The notes beneath the pieces are model-generated. The model was not told the origin of the DNA, made no database searches, and saw only the letters and a list, made by a program, of their open reading frames with translations. A DNA stretch of 64,000 nucleotides, taken from Amoebophrya sp. A120 (taxonomy: Eukaryota; Protista; Dinoflagellata). Of this stretch, positions 11,801-24,079 are shown in pieces. Where the stretch lies: NCBI GenBank assembly GCA_905178155.1, contig CAJINV010000004.1:2060391-2124390 (forward strand). Reading direction: 5' to 3'. Position 1 is the first letter of the stretch. The number at the start of each line of letters is the position of its first letter. Both the position numbers and the translations under genes were made by a program.

Positions 11801-14800
11801 GCATTACAAATTTCCTCAGCATGAGAAATGAAAATTTGTAATGCGGATTTACCTATACCTTGAGAAAAACTTTTGTAATGCATGATTGCAATACGAGTAC
11901 GATACTTTTGCACTGGATAGACACAACGCGTCCACCGCAGCTGCGAACTTTTGCTTCAACAAAACTTCGTTTTCCTTGAGCAAAACCATGATCGCGCCGG
12001 ACACCGCCGCCTCCAGAAACCCGACGATCACCCACTGGACGAGCGGGATGAACGTGAGACCGGAGAGCGCCAACTCCACCATGTTATGCATTGCAAATAT
12101 GTCTGTGCCTGGAAGGATGCAAGAAGGTCTGTCGTGCATATTTCGCATGCTCCCTGATGCCTGTAATGCAGGGCTTAGCGTGACAGATGATGTGTAGAGG
12201 GCTTGCTTCTTTATCTTTATGCCTATTCTGCATGAGAAATGCCCTCTCCGCGTAGCGCAAAGAACTGGACCTCTCTTGCTGGTCATGGTGCAATACAGAT
12301 TTTTTTCGAATCCAGAGACAGCATCACAAGTTGCAACCTTCCAGATCCAGACATATTTGCCGTGGATCCATGTCCGCGAGAAACAAAACGATCCAGGAGA
12401 TCGCAGCTGGGTAAATGTAGGCGTGCCAGTAGTCGGTGATGGAGTTGGAGAGAAACTTTTTGATCTTCCCAAACCCGGCATTCCAAATGTTTTTCACATT
12501 TTGCCACACGGATGCAGTGGAATTTGTGCTTAAGGTTCTGTTCAACTCTAGCTCGTTCTGGAGTTCTTCTTCTCTTGTGAGAATAGATCTACTATACTGA
12601 CCTCCTGCTCCGCGCATCCAATCCGTGAATTTTTCCCACTTCCGCCCGATGTTCTGCCTTGTGTCGGCCAAGAATTTCCTTGTGTTGTCCTTCGCGGCTT
12701 GGAAAGCCGTTGCGGTGTGGTTTTTCGCCTGGTGGTATGCGGAGATCGCGGTATCTTTCCACTCCGCCGTTCTGTTCGCGATCTGGTCGCGCATTTTCTG
12801 CCAGGAGAAGTTGTTTATTACACTATTCTCCGGCAGGAGCCAGGAAGAGAACTTCTTCTGGTTTTGTAGTTGAACTTCCAGCGCCGACGCGGTCCTCGGA
12901 AGGGCTTGATGTGGGCCGGGATCTGTAGTCGTGGTTCTTCGCGAAAAAGGTCGGTGGGAGTCGTGCTCGTAGTCTTTACTTTCCCTACTGAATTTGGCGG
13001 TAACTACAGCAGAAGCACCATCAGGGTGCTGGGCATCATCCACCCTTTGTTGCTCCTGCTTCTCTGCATCGGCGCTCGTCGTGCCGCCCTCGTTATTCAC
13101 AACAACAGCCGTTTTTTCGACAAAACTCGCTCCAATCCGTGTCCCTTCCTGGGCCTTCCCCCCCAACGGTGGGGCTTTCTTAGCGGCAGGAACAAAGGGG
13201 CTCTCGTCCACCGGGTTGAACATCGTTCCAAAGACCGTCGCCGTCTTCCCCCCTCCCTCTTCATCCGCAAGAAAAACCCGGTCCCGGCCCATCCACCCCG
13301 CCTGCATCGACTCGAAGATGGACCGCAAATTTCTTTATCAAATGTAAAAATGTCTGGGTCTGGGAACTTGCGATGCTGGGCGGCGTATCATGATGAGGCT
13401 ACAAATGCTGGCTCAGCATGACAAGTGTCTGAGCTCCTAGGTGTTGCCTATTCTGCATGACAAGCTGCGCTTCTGCATCACAGAAAAACGGAGCTCTTGG
13501 GTAACGTGCATGGCAGTTTTAAGAGTCATGCCAGACAAGCATGACAAATGTTGCATTCTTCCAGACCCAGACATTTTTACATTTGATATCCTTCTCGTGT
13601 AGTCGAAAAACTGCGAAATGAAGTCCAGCGGCGAAAAAACCCGCACCGCCACACTGTTTGCCGTGTCCAAAATCGCTCCGAGCGCGTCCGTATCAAATGT
13701 AAAAATGTCTGGGTCTGGAACATTCTGACACTTGTCATGCACGTTTTGCACCTTGATATTCCCGATTCACACTCGGGGGAACTGGAACTTTCGCGAGACC
13801 AAACGAGATGGCAAGCGAGGTCCGCGCGCCCCCCCTGGAGGTGAGATGCGAGGGTGGCCCTGTATTGTGATCTGCAATCTGCATTAGACCACACAGGAAA
13901 TGAGGAAGTTGGAGAAGGATCCTAGATGATCATGAGCGACACTATGGAACGCTCCAACAACCTCAGCCAACCACTGCCCTCGCATTCACAAGAGACCTGC
14001 CAAGGCAGACTCAACTCCGGAGAATCTTCCCGAAGCCGACCTCTAAGTTCGGCCTGGTCGGCAACGAGGCAATGTCCTCAGGGGCCGTTAGGAACCTCCC
14101 GAAACAACCGTCAACGAGCTCCAGCGCCAGGAAGCCGCTGACGAGAGAAACGCACAGACTGTTCCCAATGGCAAGAACAGAAAGGCAGGGACATAGGTGA
14201 ACCGACAGTGACACCAACTCGACCAAGGTAACCCAGAGTTCCAGACCCGGGGAACACTGGGGACCACGCGGCAGAAGCGCAGCACAAAGACGCCTGAAGT
14301 GTTCCCATGCATGAGCCCTGATGTGTGTGATGCATGCCCTAGTAGCATCACAGATTTTTCCAGAGCCTCTTGATGCCTATTCCGCATGACAAATGCAATG
14401 CCCTCTCCGCGTAGCAAAAATTACATTCCTTTTGGTACTCACGCAATACAGATTTTTTTGGAATCCAAATGCAGCATGACAAGTTGCATTCTTCCAGACC
14501 CAGACATTTTTGCATTTGATAGTCCGGGATGTACACGCGGAACACCAGGCGGAAGACCTCCGGGAGAACGAGCGCCAGCCCGGGTAATATTTGCGCCACG
14601 CCCGGGAGGGTCGCGATGGTCACGGAGGTAAGTTGCGAAAACCAGGCGGCCAGCTTCTCGATGACCATGGTGGCGAACAGGTGGAACCGCTCGCTGCCGA
14701 TCAGAAATTGGAGGAACACATCGCTTATCAAGTGCAAAAATGTCTGGGTCTGGAAACTTGTGATGCTGTGTGGCATATCATGAGGAGGCCACAAGCACAA

Positions 14801-16764
14801 TTGCTGGCTCAGCATGACAAGTTTCTGAGCTTCTAGGTGTTGTTTAATCTGCATGACAAACTACGTTTCTGCATGACAGAAAAGTGGGGCTCTTTGTTAA
14901 TGTGCATGACATCGGTGATCTACGGGCAGGCTGTCCCGGTGGCGCTTTGGCCAATCGTACAGAGAAAAAACAAAAAATAACAACACAAGTTAGGTAGGAA
15001 TACATGTGAAGGTTAAGATTGAAGTCAAAAGTCGTAGAGACATTAATAAAGTAGTTCCTACGGGCATGGTCACGATTGGGCTTTAGTGGGTAGAGCAACG
15101 AATTGTTACACTTCTATCCGCTGGTCAAGTACGAGGAAAACGAGAGCAGCATCGAAGAAGGGAAAGGCGCGCAAGCAGAGCAGCCCAGCAGCAGCAAAAA
15201 ATCAAGACAAGAAGCAGACTACCGCCACCCGGGGTCCTACCCGACCGAAAACTGTACTGGTATGGGCCAACATACCACAAAAGGTACAGAAGCAGGGTAG
15301 GTGCTCGCGTAAAGAGAAAGATGACCAAACCTACAGCGCCCGAGGGTGCATGCTCACCACTGTAGGATAATCTCTTTACCGTCTGCCAGCAGACAAGCTG
15401 CTGAAAAACAAGGAAGTGCAAAGCAAAAAACAGGTTGGAGCCAGCAGGCCAACCGCAACAAGACATCCACCCAAGCGATTGGAACCAGCAGGTCAATCAG
15501 AGCAAAGCAGCAGAGGTCATGCGTCGAGGGCCGGGCACGCGCGAAGAGAAATGCAGCATCTACTTAAACGTTGTGGGTCGTGCAACGAAGGTAGTTCAAC
15601 GGAATCTCAGTGGAGTGATTGACGTAGTTCAACGCATTCACACGAAAGACGTACCGAGTGATAGCGTGCACTTATCATCATGAGAGCGCAGAACTAATCG
15701 CATATAGTGTTTGCTTTTTCGTTGTAACGACAGATTTAAGAGTCATTTTTCGTTGTTAATGTGCATGACAGATTTAAGAGTCATGCCAGACAAGCATGAC
15801 AAACTTGCATTCTTCCAGATCCAGACATTTTTACATTTGATATCGCTGCTGAAAAGCGAAAAGTCACTCGAGAGGGTCAGGTTCGTCCGGTTCGCGATGT
15901 AAAACTGAATTTGCGTTTGGTAGGAGCTATCAAGTGCAAAAATGTCTGGATCTGGAAGAATACAAATTTGTGATGCGCATTTCAGACAACAGAAAAATCT
16001 CTCATGCATAGGCAGCAAAAGTTGCCCACGTTCTGTCACCAAAGTGGGGGATTTGTCACGCGGATTCGGCATTGCGCAAGCTTCTCGAAGCCTGTGATGC
16101 TAGAGCTTCCATGCCAGACCTTCTGTGTCATGCAACAACAGCATGACTCTTCCAGACCCAGACATTTTTGCACTTGGTAGGAACTCATGGTCTGCGACAC
16201 CGCCTCAATCTTCGTGCTCAGCCACTGTCGCTGCGCCTTGTCAGCGATGGTGGAGGAGAGTCCAAGCGTTGCGTTTTTGATGCTGGACACCGTGTCGGAC
16301 GCTTTCGACGCCAAACTCCGAATAGAAGCGGTGGCATAGTTGAAAAAATCGCTTTTCTTCAACATCGTGACCGCTAGCTTGTTTCTTCGCTCGCGTCTCT
16401 TGTTCTCCTGTAACAAGTAGAGGACTGAGCTGGCAGACAATTTTCGGGCTCGTAGTGGTCTCGCATGCAGTTCGTGAGGGTCGTGAGATTTTTGTTCCAA
16501 GGTGGTGTCGCTATATACTACTTCGCGGTGGTCCTCGTCGTGGTTGTGCCTGCTTTCAACTAGAGGCCGTCGCTCCTCCGGTGTGAACGAGGAAAAGCTC
16601 TCCGGAAAAATTTCAGCTGCACTGCTGGCCTCGTCCGCAGCAGCGGTGTCGTGCTCGTAACTGGAATCGCGGGTCCTAGTGGCATCCGCGAAGGTAGGAA
16701 AACTGACGTACAGTTGGAGGTGCAGCAGAACTGCTAATTTCAGCAGTAGTTCACACGGCGACAT
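8848..16764 (-). CDS. ~1665-aa secreted multi-module protein; 7 exons, all 6 introns are TIR elements
   Basis: Signal-peptide-like N-terminus MSPCELLLKLAVLLHLQLYVSFPTFADA; exons 16764-16180, 15922-15843, 14720-14522, 13685-13589, 13330-12369, 12079-11920, 11762-8848 sum to 4998 nt in one frame. Confidence 0.8.
11768..11919. mobile_element. Family H short intronic TIR element
   Basis: TIR TATSMASTGCAAAAGTATCGTACTCGT; TSD GACAC; junction ALCL-TNEN. Confidence 0.9.
12085..12368. mobile_element. Family A intronic TIR element
   Basis: TSD CATGT; junction FLADM-VELAL. Confidence 0.9.
13336..13588. mobile_element. Family A intronic TIR element
   Basis: TSD TTCTT/TCCTT; junction YTRR-NLRS. Confidence 0.9.
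13691..14521. mobile_element. Family A intronic TIR element with nested 557-bp insertion (13751-14307)
   Basis: TSD GTCCG; junction YIPD-ALGA; interior alignable to the 7416 element on both sides of the insert. Confidence 0.88.
14726..15842. mobile_element. Family A intronic TIR element with nested ~0.84-kb insertion
   Basis: TSD TCGCT; junction FSSD-VFLQ; interior alignable to the 58829 element. Confidence 0.88.
15928..16179. mobile_element. Family A intronic TIR element (opposite orientation to 33093/38687/53761)
   Basis: TSD GGAGC/GGAAC; junction MSS-YQTQ. Confidence 0.9.
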
Positions 16765-17036
16765 TTTCCGGCTCAACTTGGGATGATCGCAGGGCCGGCT
16801 CGCTACCTCCGCCGAGGTGGACCAGGGGTCTTTACAGACGATTCATCTTTGCAACCTAACTGACAATTGTAATTCACTTTCACATCGATGTTTTTAGACG
16901 CGAAATAGGATGAAAGAGTGTGGTTGTACACCACCAAATGAAAGGGAGTTTATTCAAAATCAAAAAATAGCCATTTTACAACTTCTGGTCAGAAGTAGGT
17001 ACACTTTTAGTACCAAATATAGCCGCCGGGGCGGGG

Positions 17037-17739
17037 GTAGTGAGGTCGTGGGCGTTTTTTTGCCGACCGCTGCCTTGGCCGCGGCTTTGCTTTTTCTGGG
17101 CTCGCCATACCGCCCTGAGTCACGTTATGCCGCACGGTATGGCGGTCCCTTGAGAAACGTCACAAATTTCAGCACATTTGCAAAGCCCCTTTCCGAAGGC
17201 CAGCCCCCATGCTATGGGGCCGATCCGGGCGCCACGGGGGGCGCCCAAAAAGCGAAGAAAAATCGGGCCCATAGCATGCGGATTGGCTTTGCGCGTGCGG
17301 GCCGCTTTTTCTTTTTCGCGTTTTTATTTTTCACGCTGGCGCTTTTTGCAAAGCTTCCCAGGCTCTGAAACCGGCGAAAAGGCGGCCGCTTTCGCGGCCG
17401 CCCAAAATGCTCCGAAATCGCGGCCGTGCCATGCTGTTTCGCTGTTCTGATTTTGGGCGTATTTTTTGCGCGCCCCTTTTTGGACGCCCCAAATCGCCAG
17501 AAACTAAGGCGGTGGGCGCCTCAGAAGGGCGCCCCTTTTGCCAGCTCCCCTGCGTCGTTTTATCAAGTGCGAGTCGATAGCTTTCGACCGGGCTTGTTTG
17601 ACGGCAAAGCCCCGCGCGCTTGATAATTGAAAATTTTTTATATCAAAAAACGCTTCCGGCCGCTTGAAAACTGCCGGCCGTTTTGCTGTCTGGGTGGCAA
17701 AAAAACTCCCCGGTTAGAACCGTTCGGTGACCTCACTAC
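17037..17739. mobile_element. Putative intergenic MITE unrelated to the intronic families
   Basis: 11-bp inverted repeat GTAGTGAGGTC...GACCTCACTAC bounding a compositionally distinct block of GC runs and A/T tracts. Confidence 0.45.
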
Positions 17740-18704
17740 ATACAAAAAAACACGAACTGTGATAAAGAATCTTACTTTATCCTCCACAGAAGACGAGACC
17801 TTCGAAATGGACCGATAGAGAGGATCAAGCGACACGGCACGATGATGGCGATAGTAGAGAAGTCGTCTGACTGTGACAGCACGATGACGATAAAGCACTA
17901 CCTACCCTGTGAGAACGTGATTGAGGTTGTAATACCTCTCCACCTACAAAATAAACCCTGCGCACGACAAAAGCGACCGACCAGAGCGGCGACCGATACC
18001 TCGTTTCACAGAGACAGAGAACTAGACTGCACCGAGTCTAACGCAACACGACGGTGAGGACCCTGATTTAGGAAGACATGTCTCTTATAGAATCCTGGTG
18101 ATACTGCTCGTCGTTTCGTCTAGGAAAAGATCTTGTGTGCGCCGCCCCTTCACCCTCTGGAAAGAAGGCCACCACTTTGAAAATAAGTAGAGCTGTGCAC
18201 CCCTCCAACTCAGATCCATCGTACCCACTTATTCTGAAAGTGACTGGCGAGCAAGGGGACCTACCAGTAAAATTTCCTGGTATTAGGCAGCACAACATCC
18301 GTGCTCTCCAGACCGAAATCGGACACAGAGAAAAGTGAAACACAAGAACAACGGACATAGTTCTTGTAATCCAAACAACCCAATATTTACTGTGCTGTCA
18401 AGCTTCCCAGCCTTAGCTTCGCCCAGTCACAGGACGGCATCACATTATCACTGTTCTACAAAAAGCACGGGCTTTGTCTACAGAAGTTGATTAAAACTCA
18501 TTCTCCGTGTGTCTTTCAGATTCTCCCACTGGATCGAATTGTGTCCTACTGACCTTCTTTCATCACGAAACGCTGAACGGAATCAGGAGCCTGCGACATC
18601 AAAGGGACCGGACCAGAAAAAGGAATAAGAAATAGGTTTTGTTATTTTGGAAACCAGTGCAGCACTGGTTCTCTTCACGAGATCGATCCAGGTAGCAACC
18701 TCGG

Positions 18705-20394
18705 TTAATCATCCATCTCGCGTAACCTCGCCAATGATCTCCTCATCAACTTCGCCTTCCCTGGCCAACCTCTCGCGACAATCTCCTCGAGCGTGCAAGG
18801 CAGATTATTCTCAGCGATCATCGCCTTAATTTCCGCCGCGACCCCGCATCGCTCCAAGGCCCGCAAAAAGGTCATCTCCCTACAATTTCCTATAATTTGT
18901 TGGTATGCTGCAATTTCCGTCGCAAAGCCAAGGTCCAGCTGGAGGGCTTTGGCTTCCTTGTCGACCAATCGCAGGCAGATTGATGCAACCGGGAAACAAG
19001 GGAGCTTCTTTATCAACGGCCTCCACCATTGGCGCCGGTCCAGGTCCTCGCGGCACTGTATAAACAAGAGTACGAGTGATTACCGACGAAAAAAAAATTT
19101 TGCACAAATACGAATTTAGAACTGAGAGCGAAGTACACCAATCGACCTCCTAGGCTTCGGGCGCGAAATGAAAAGCCTGGCACTTAAGTGCGTAACAGAC
19201 GAAGGAATCATCAGCTTAACAACTTGAGTCAACAAACCATAACACTAAGTATACCTCCAAACGAGCAGAGGGCGTGGAGATGTCCCTGGATACAAAAGTT
19301 TTCCAATATCTCGACATCTCCTCTAATCCTATTGTCTTCTGCAGCCGCGAAGAAAACTGGTGCTCTTCGCCCTTCGCCTTGAGTGCGTCCAGTAGCGTCC
19401 GCACGACCGGAGCAACGACGTCGCTAAGCATGCCCGGAAAATCGTCGTCCACACCAGTGCCGGCGCTCCACTCCCACTGGTGGGATGTGATGACGCTGTA
19501 GGCAAGCCCGTAGATTGCATTCGCCGCCTCACCGGCTCCAACATCCACCGACTTCGCCGCAAGATGAGACGCCACCACAAAATCAGGGTCTGGATCTTCA
19601 CCACCGGTGAGCCACTGCGAAGATGAAAAGAACCAGTGAAGAACCTCTTGTGCGTACGCGCCCCGACGCGCCCTCGCGAAAATGGCACCGCCCCCCGCGC
19701 GTTCATGCTTGTCGGCTTCCGCATCCGGTAACTCGAGCAGGGCACGACCGAGACCCCATGGTGCGGTGCCAAGCGGCAGGGATAAAAAAGCCCCTGCCCT
19801 GCTCTTTTCGGCTTCTCCTCCCACCTCTGAATCCCCCTCGAACAGAACCAGCCAGCTCTGATCGTACAGGAAGCTTCGAGCGCCATTTAATTCCATCCCT
19901 TGTAACAGAATATAGCTGAGGCGCCAGTCGTAGTCCCTTTCTGTTTCACCCGGCAGCCGCTCCAAGTTCACCACCGGCTCCACACTCGTGATGACGAACT
20001 GGTAGGCGCAGCACGCCTCGTAGTCGATCAATTCCTCGTTCGCCGCGACGCGCACAGTAGTTTCCTCAACCGCCGGCTCATCCTCCTCGCCACTGGGGCA
20101 GTAGTTGCTGCAGCCGTCGTCACTCTTATCCTCCTCGTCACCACCACCAGCCCCGCCCTGCCCTTCACTCCCTGCACCTCCTTCTTTCGGGCAAATCAGC
20201 CACTGAATCCGGTGGAGCGGCGGCAATAATTGGTCTTCGTCGAAGAGGGGTTCGATGAGCTTCCAGGAGGAAAGGTCACCAATCTTCACCACTTCCTGCG
20301 TGTTCACCTGGACCATGCAGCTCTTTGCCGCATTCCGAATCTCGAGGAAGGCGGCGGTCTCGACCGGCGCCGGTGGTGGAGGGGCGGAGGACAT
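18705..20394 (-). CDS. Uncharacterised protein, paralogue of 5578-7092; 2 exons
   Basis: 392-aa ORF joined to the 18705-19055 exon by a phase-0 GT-AG intron 19056-19254. Confidence 0.72.
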
Positions 20395-21082
20395 TTCTTT
20401 TGTTCGTTTTGTCTATCTTGCGTCGAAGTTCTTTGAAAATCAGGCTGAACAAGACCTGTGCGTCGTGATAAATGAATCGGAGATTTTCCCTCGAGGATAA
20501 GTAGACTGCAAAACCAAATCAATGTGAAAGGTGTGAGGATACGAGAATGAGAGTCCGCTTTTTTTCGAATCAAAAGGTTACTTCGCAAGTGCTCATAAAA
20601 GGAACTAAAAAAAATCGTGTGTGAAAAAGACGCAGAAAAACCTTTTGCAACAAATGACTATGTCGCGCGAGCACTGATCTTTTTTCCTTTCGATCGATGG
20701 ATTCTTTGTCGCATGCGCGAAAGCGAACTGGCTGACGCTTTCCGCGTAAGTATACGTGCGCGTGCGAATATTGCGACACGTCGTGCTACAGGCGATTGAT
20801 CACCATCTTGCGAATAGAACTAGTCATGATAGAACATGTCTTCTGGAGTGAACATTGCTTCAAGACAAGCACCCGCGCTCGTAGGGTAGAAGTACAACTT
20901 GATTTTTTCCTGCAGACTCTTATCAGCACGAGATCGAGAAAGAAAGGCAGGCTTCTTGATTAACAGTGCGGAAAAGAGTACTCGACCAAAGATTCCCTAC
21001 TTTCATCGGTTCCAATGCGGGTGACAGCAAGAGCATTTACAAGGAACTGTTGCTTGCTTGTCCCCCTACCTCCTCGTCCACC

Positions 21083-23302
21083 TCACACCGCCGGTGCCTG
21101 CAAAAACGCAATGTCCCTCGCCTCCTCCAAGAGTGCCACCGTGGCCCCACTAGCGGTTTCCGCGAACGGCTGCAGCGTCGCTGCGGTGGCCCCGTCGCTC
21201 GGTCCGCTCTCCTCCTCTCCAATCGGGCCGGGGACAATCTGCGATAGCACGTAGTCTCCGCTACCGGTTTGGTGCAACAAAAACACGGTACTTTCGCCGT
21301 CCGTGGCACAGCTCTTCCCGTTCCGTAACCCCTGGAGGACAACGTGCGGGGAAGCTAAAGACGAAGCTTCTGTCCCACCCACCGCTGCTTCCGCCGTACT
21401 TCCGCCGCGGGCGGCGAGAAATGCCGGGGTCACATGGGTTGACGCGACAGCCTCGGGAACGGGTTTTGGGAATTTCGGAATCGCGAACAGAGCGTCGGAG
21501 CAGGAGGAAGCGGTGCCGGTCCTGGACGTAGAAGCTAATGTTGACACCTGTCCCGCTCCTGCCGCACCATTCCCACCTGCACTATTTCCAGCAGTAGCTG
21601 TAGCAGTCACCGGGCAGCTTTGCGCCAGGTACAAGAGCTGCTGGGCGTCGTTGCACACCACCGCGGACGAAGATGCGCTGTTGGTCACGGTTTGGAGCAA
21701 CCCGTGCGTGCTTCCGTCGTCGGCGATCAAAAGCTTCTCGACGTCCCCGGTCGGATGTGAGGGGGCAAAAGTTCTTTTCGTTCCTCATTTTTGGACGCCA
21801 ATGGAAGCAACGGCACAAATGTAGTTTTTGCATGACAAATTGATGTAAAATTCAACATGCTGTTTCGGCTCCTTCCGGATCATGAACCTGTCATGCATAG
21901 AAGTAGTGACAAGATGAAAGAGTTCATGTTCTAGTTCGCAGAACAAATCATGTATGAGGGAAAAAAATCCTGCACTCTCATACCGCTGCGCTGTGCGAAT
22001 TCAGTACGTACACATCCAGATCGTCGGCGGAAACGGCGTTCGGCAACCCGTGCGTGGAGAATCACAGTGCACAACGTCCCCTCCCCTTCGCTTGTTAAGC
22101 ATCAACAGCAATAGAAGCGTCGGCGAGCATGCAGCTTTTGCATAAAAGGGAAGGAAAGTTGCTCCGTGTCATATTGGCAGCGGAATTTCGTTCACGGGCA
22201 GTTTCTCGAAGGAGCGGAATTCCTTCAGTGCTAGTTTAGACAAATCCCTGCCACTGTACTTCAAAATCTTCCCCTCCGCGGCGTTCTCCGGCACACCGAT
22301 GAACAGATCTCCCGACGCCGGGTTGCAATTCATATCCAGGATCTGTTTGCCTTCCATCAACGCTATCCTGTGTGAAAAATGTCACCTCCGTCCCGAAGTC
22401 ACGTTCGAATTTCTGCTTTCTCCAGCTGACGATTAGGAACGCTTTTCATACAGATGCGCATCAGAAATGCTCCTGCAGTTGAAAGTCTGCATGACAAGTC
22501 TGGTTCAGACACGTTTTTCCTCAGGATAACCACCCGGGGCTCCTCGTCCAGTACCGACAGGCGGCCGAGCTGGCCGGCCGTCGGGCTTCCCGCAGCCGCG
22601 CTGTCCTCGTCCGCCTGCACCACCAGCGAGAACTGGAGAATCTTCGGCTTCTCCCGCAGCACAGAAGCGGTCGCGGTGGGGTCGTCGGGGGTTGGCGGAA
22701 CCACGGCCACGTAGAGTTGGTTGCAGCACACGGCAATGGACGAAGAGTACCCTCCCGGAACCGCCGGCGACCCGTGGATCAGGGCGTGCTGAAATAGTGG
22801 AGATCGATACGGATACATAGATTGCAGCACCATCAATCACTCGTGCTCTCTTTCGAAGGTCAGTGACATAATCGACGACGGAGTCGTTGTGATCATTCTC
22901 ATTGGATTATTTGCAACCATAACGACCTGTTGTACTACTTACTAGACGGTCTACCTTATTATCCCCGTCCGTGATTGCCTCCGACTGCTTCGGATCCACC
23001 TGAAAGTAAGAAACTCCGCTGTAGTCGGAGACCAGCAAAAACCGATACAAGTCCCGCCCATTCACCGGATTCGCTGCCACGCAGAATGGCTTGTCGTTGA
23101 CCGCGTCGGTTTCTTCATTTTCTCCGAGCGAAACGAGAGACGAAATCGACGTCGACAAAGCGGACACTGTTGGTAAGAGAAAGGAGTTCCATTGCAGCAA
23201 TAGAAAGGCGATTGGCTGCGAAAATACGAGGCGGTAGAGACAGAAGGTGGCGCACGACGACCGACCTCCCGGGGGAGGGTGCGCTTCCGACCACCGACGC
23301 AT
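21083..23302 (-). CDS. Multi-exon probably secreted protein, possibly beta-propeller-like
   Basis: Hydrophobic N-terminus; exon ORFs join in frame across three decayed TIR elements; 3' end uncertain. Confidence 0.55.
21756..21982. mobile_element. Heavily decayed family D intronic element
   Basis: Right end TGCACTCTCATA, internal GCATGACAA; TSD 2/5; frame restored (HSAA-AGDVEK). Confidence 0.5.
22060..22173. mobile_element. Short decayed family D intronic element
   Basis: Ends AATCACAGTGCACAAC / GTTGCTCCGTGTCATA; TSD 2/5; frame restored (PLP-THGLP). Confidence 0.5.
22364..22528. mobile_element. Short family B-like intronic element
   Basis: TATCCTG...CAGGATA; TSD AACGC/ACCAC; junction PRVV-MEGK. 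Confidence 0.75.
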
Positions 23303-24079
23303 TGTCTTTCACCTCCCGTGTGCGCACAGGATCTTCTGCGGTGCAGCACAAGACAAACCAAACTAGTTTGTGCCGCTTGGGCAGTCAACTCTCTTCATTT
23401 TCGTGTTTTTTCCTTCGCCATGTTAGCCATTCCAGCGAGTGGCATTGCTGGATCGAGCTGCAGTCGTGGCTCTAAGTGGTCCCTTAGAGGAAGAAAAGTG
23501 TTATAGTGCGTTCGAGCAACATAGAGGTGAATATGAAGCAAGGCGCTACTATGGTTCTCCAAAACGACAAAACGACAGAGGAATATTTGACGACGTGGTC
23601 TTTCGGCAGGCATAAGATATTTTTGAAAGTACGTATGCGTCGCAGTGATTCGACTTCGAGACAAGGACGAGCAAGGCACTGCATACACCGAGGCCAGTGT
23701 ATGACCACACACTGTAGAGCGATCTGCTCAGAAAAACAGAGATAGAACCGATATCACACGACTTTTCATCTTCTCCCTCGAACAACATAGACTTTCCATA
23801 AACACGCCAGAAGTCCTGACGCTCCTGGTACCAGCAGACAGAAAGCAAAAGCGCTCTCCGCCATGCGATTTGATGTTCAAACCGCAGTTTTTTTTGGTGT
23901 GTGGCAAGAATTGTTATAGGGTCCAATACAACCTCGAGGAATTGTTCACAGTACTATCCGCTCTTGCGGATCGCAGAAGACGTGTTTGTTCCAAACATGA
24001 TCTCCCGTTTCACATCTCGCATCAAGCAAAACATCCGATATGTAGTCTTTTCAGCCTACGACAGACACTTCATCGCGAT

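Noticed and set aside
12080-12373. AT-AC (U12-type) intron register at this element
   Set aside because: Arises only from this TSD sequence; the donor does not match ATATCC and other elements lack this register.
13751-15752. Transposase or reverse transcriptase in the nested inserts
   Set aside because: Only short ORFs without DDE or YxDD motifs.
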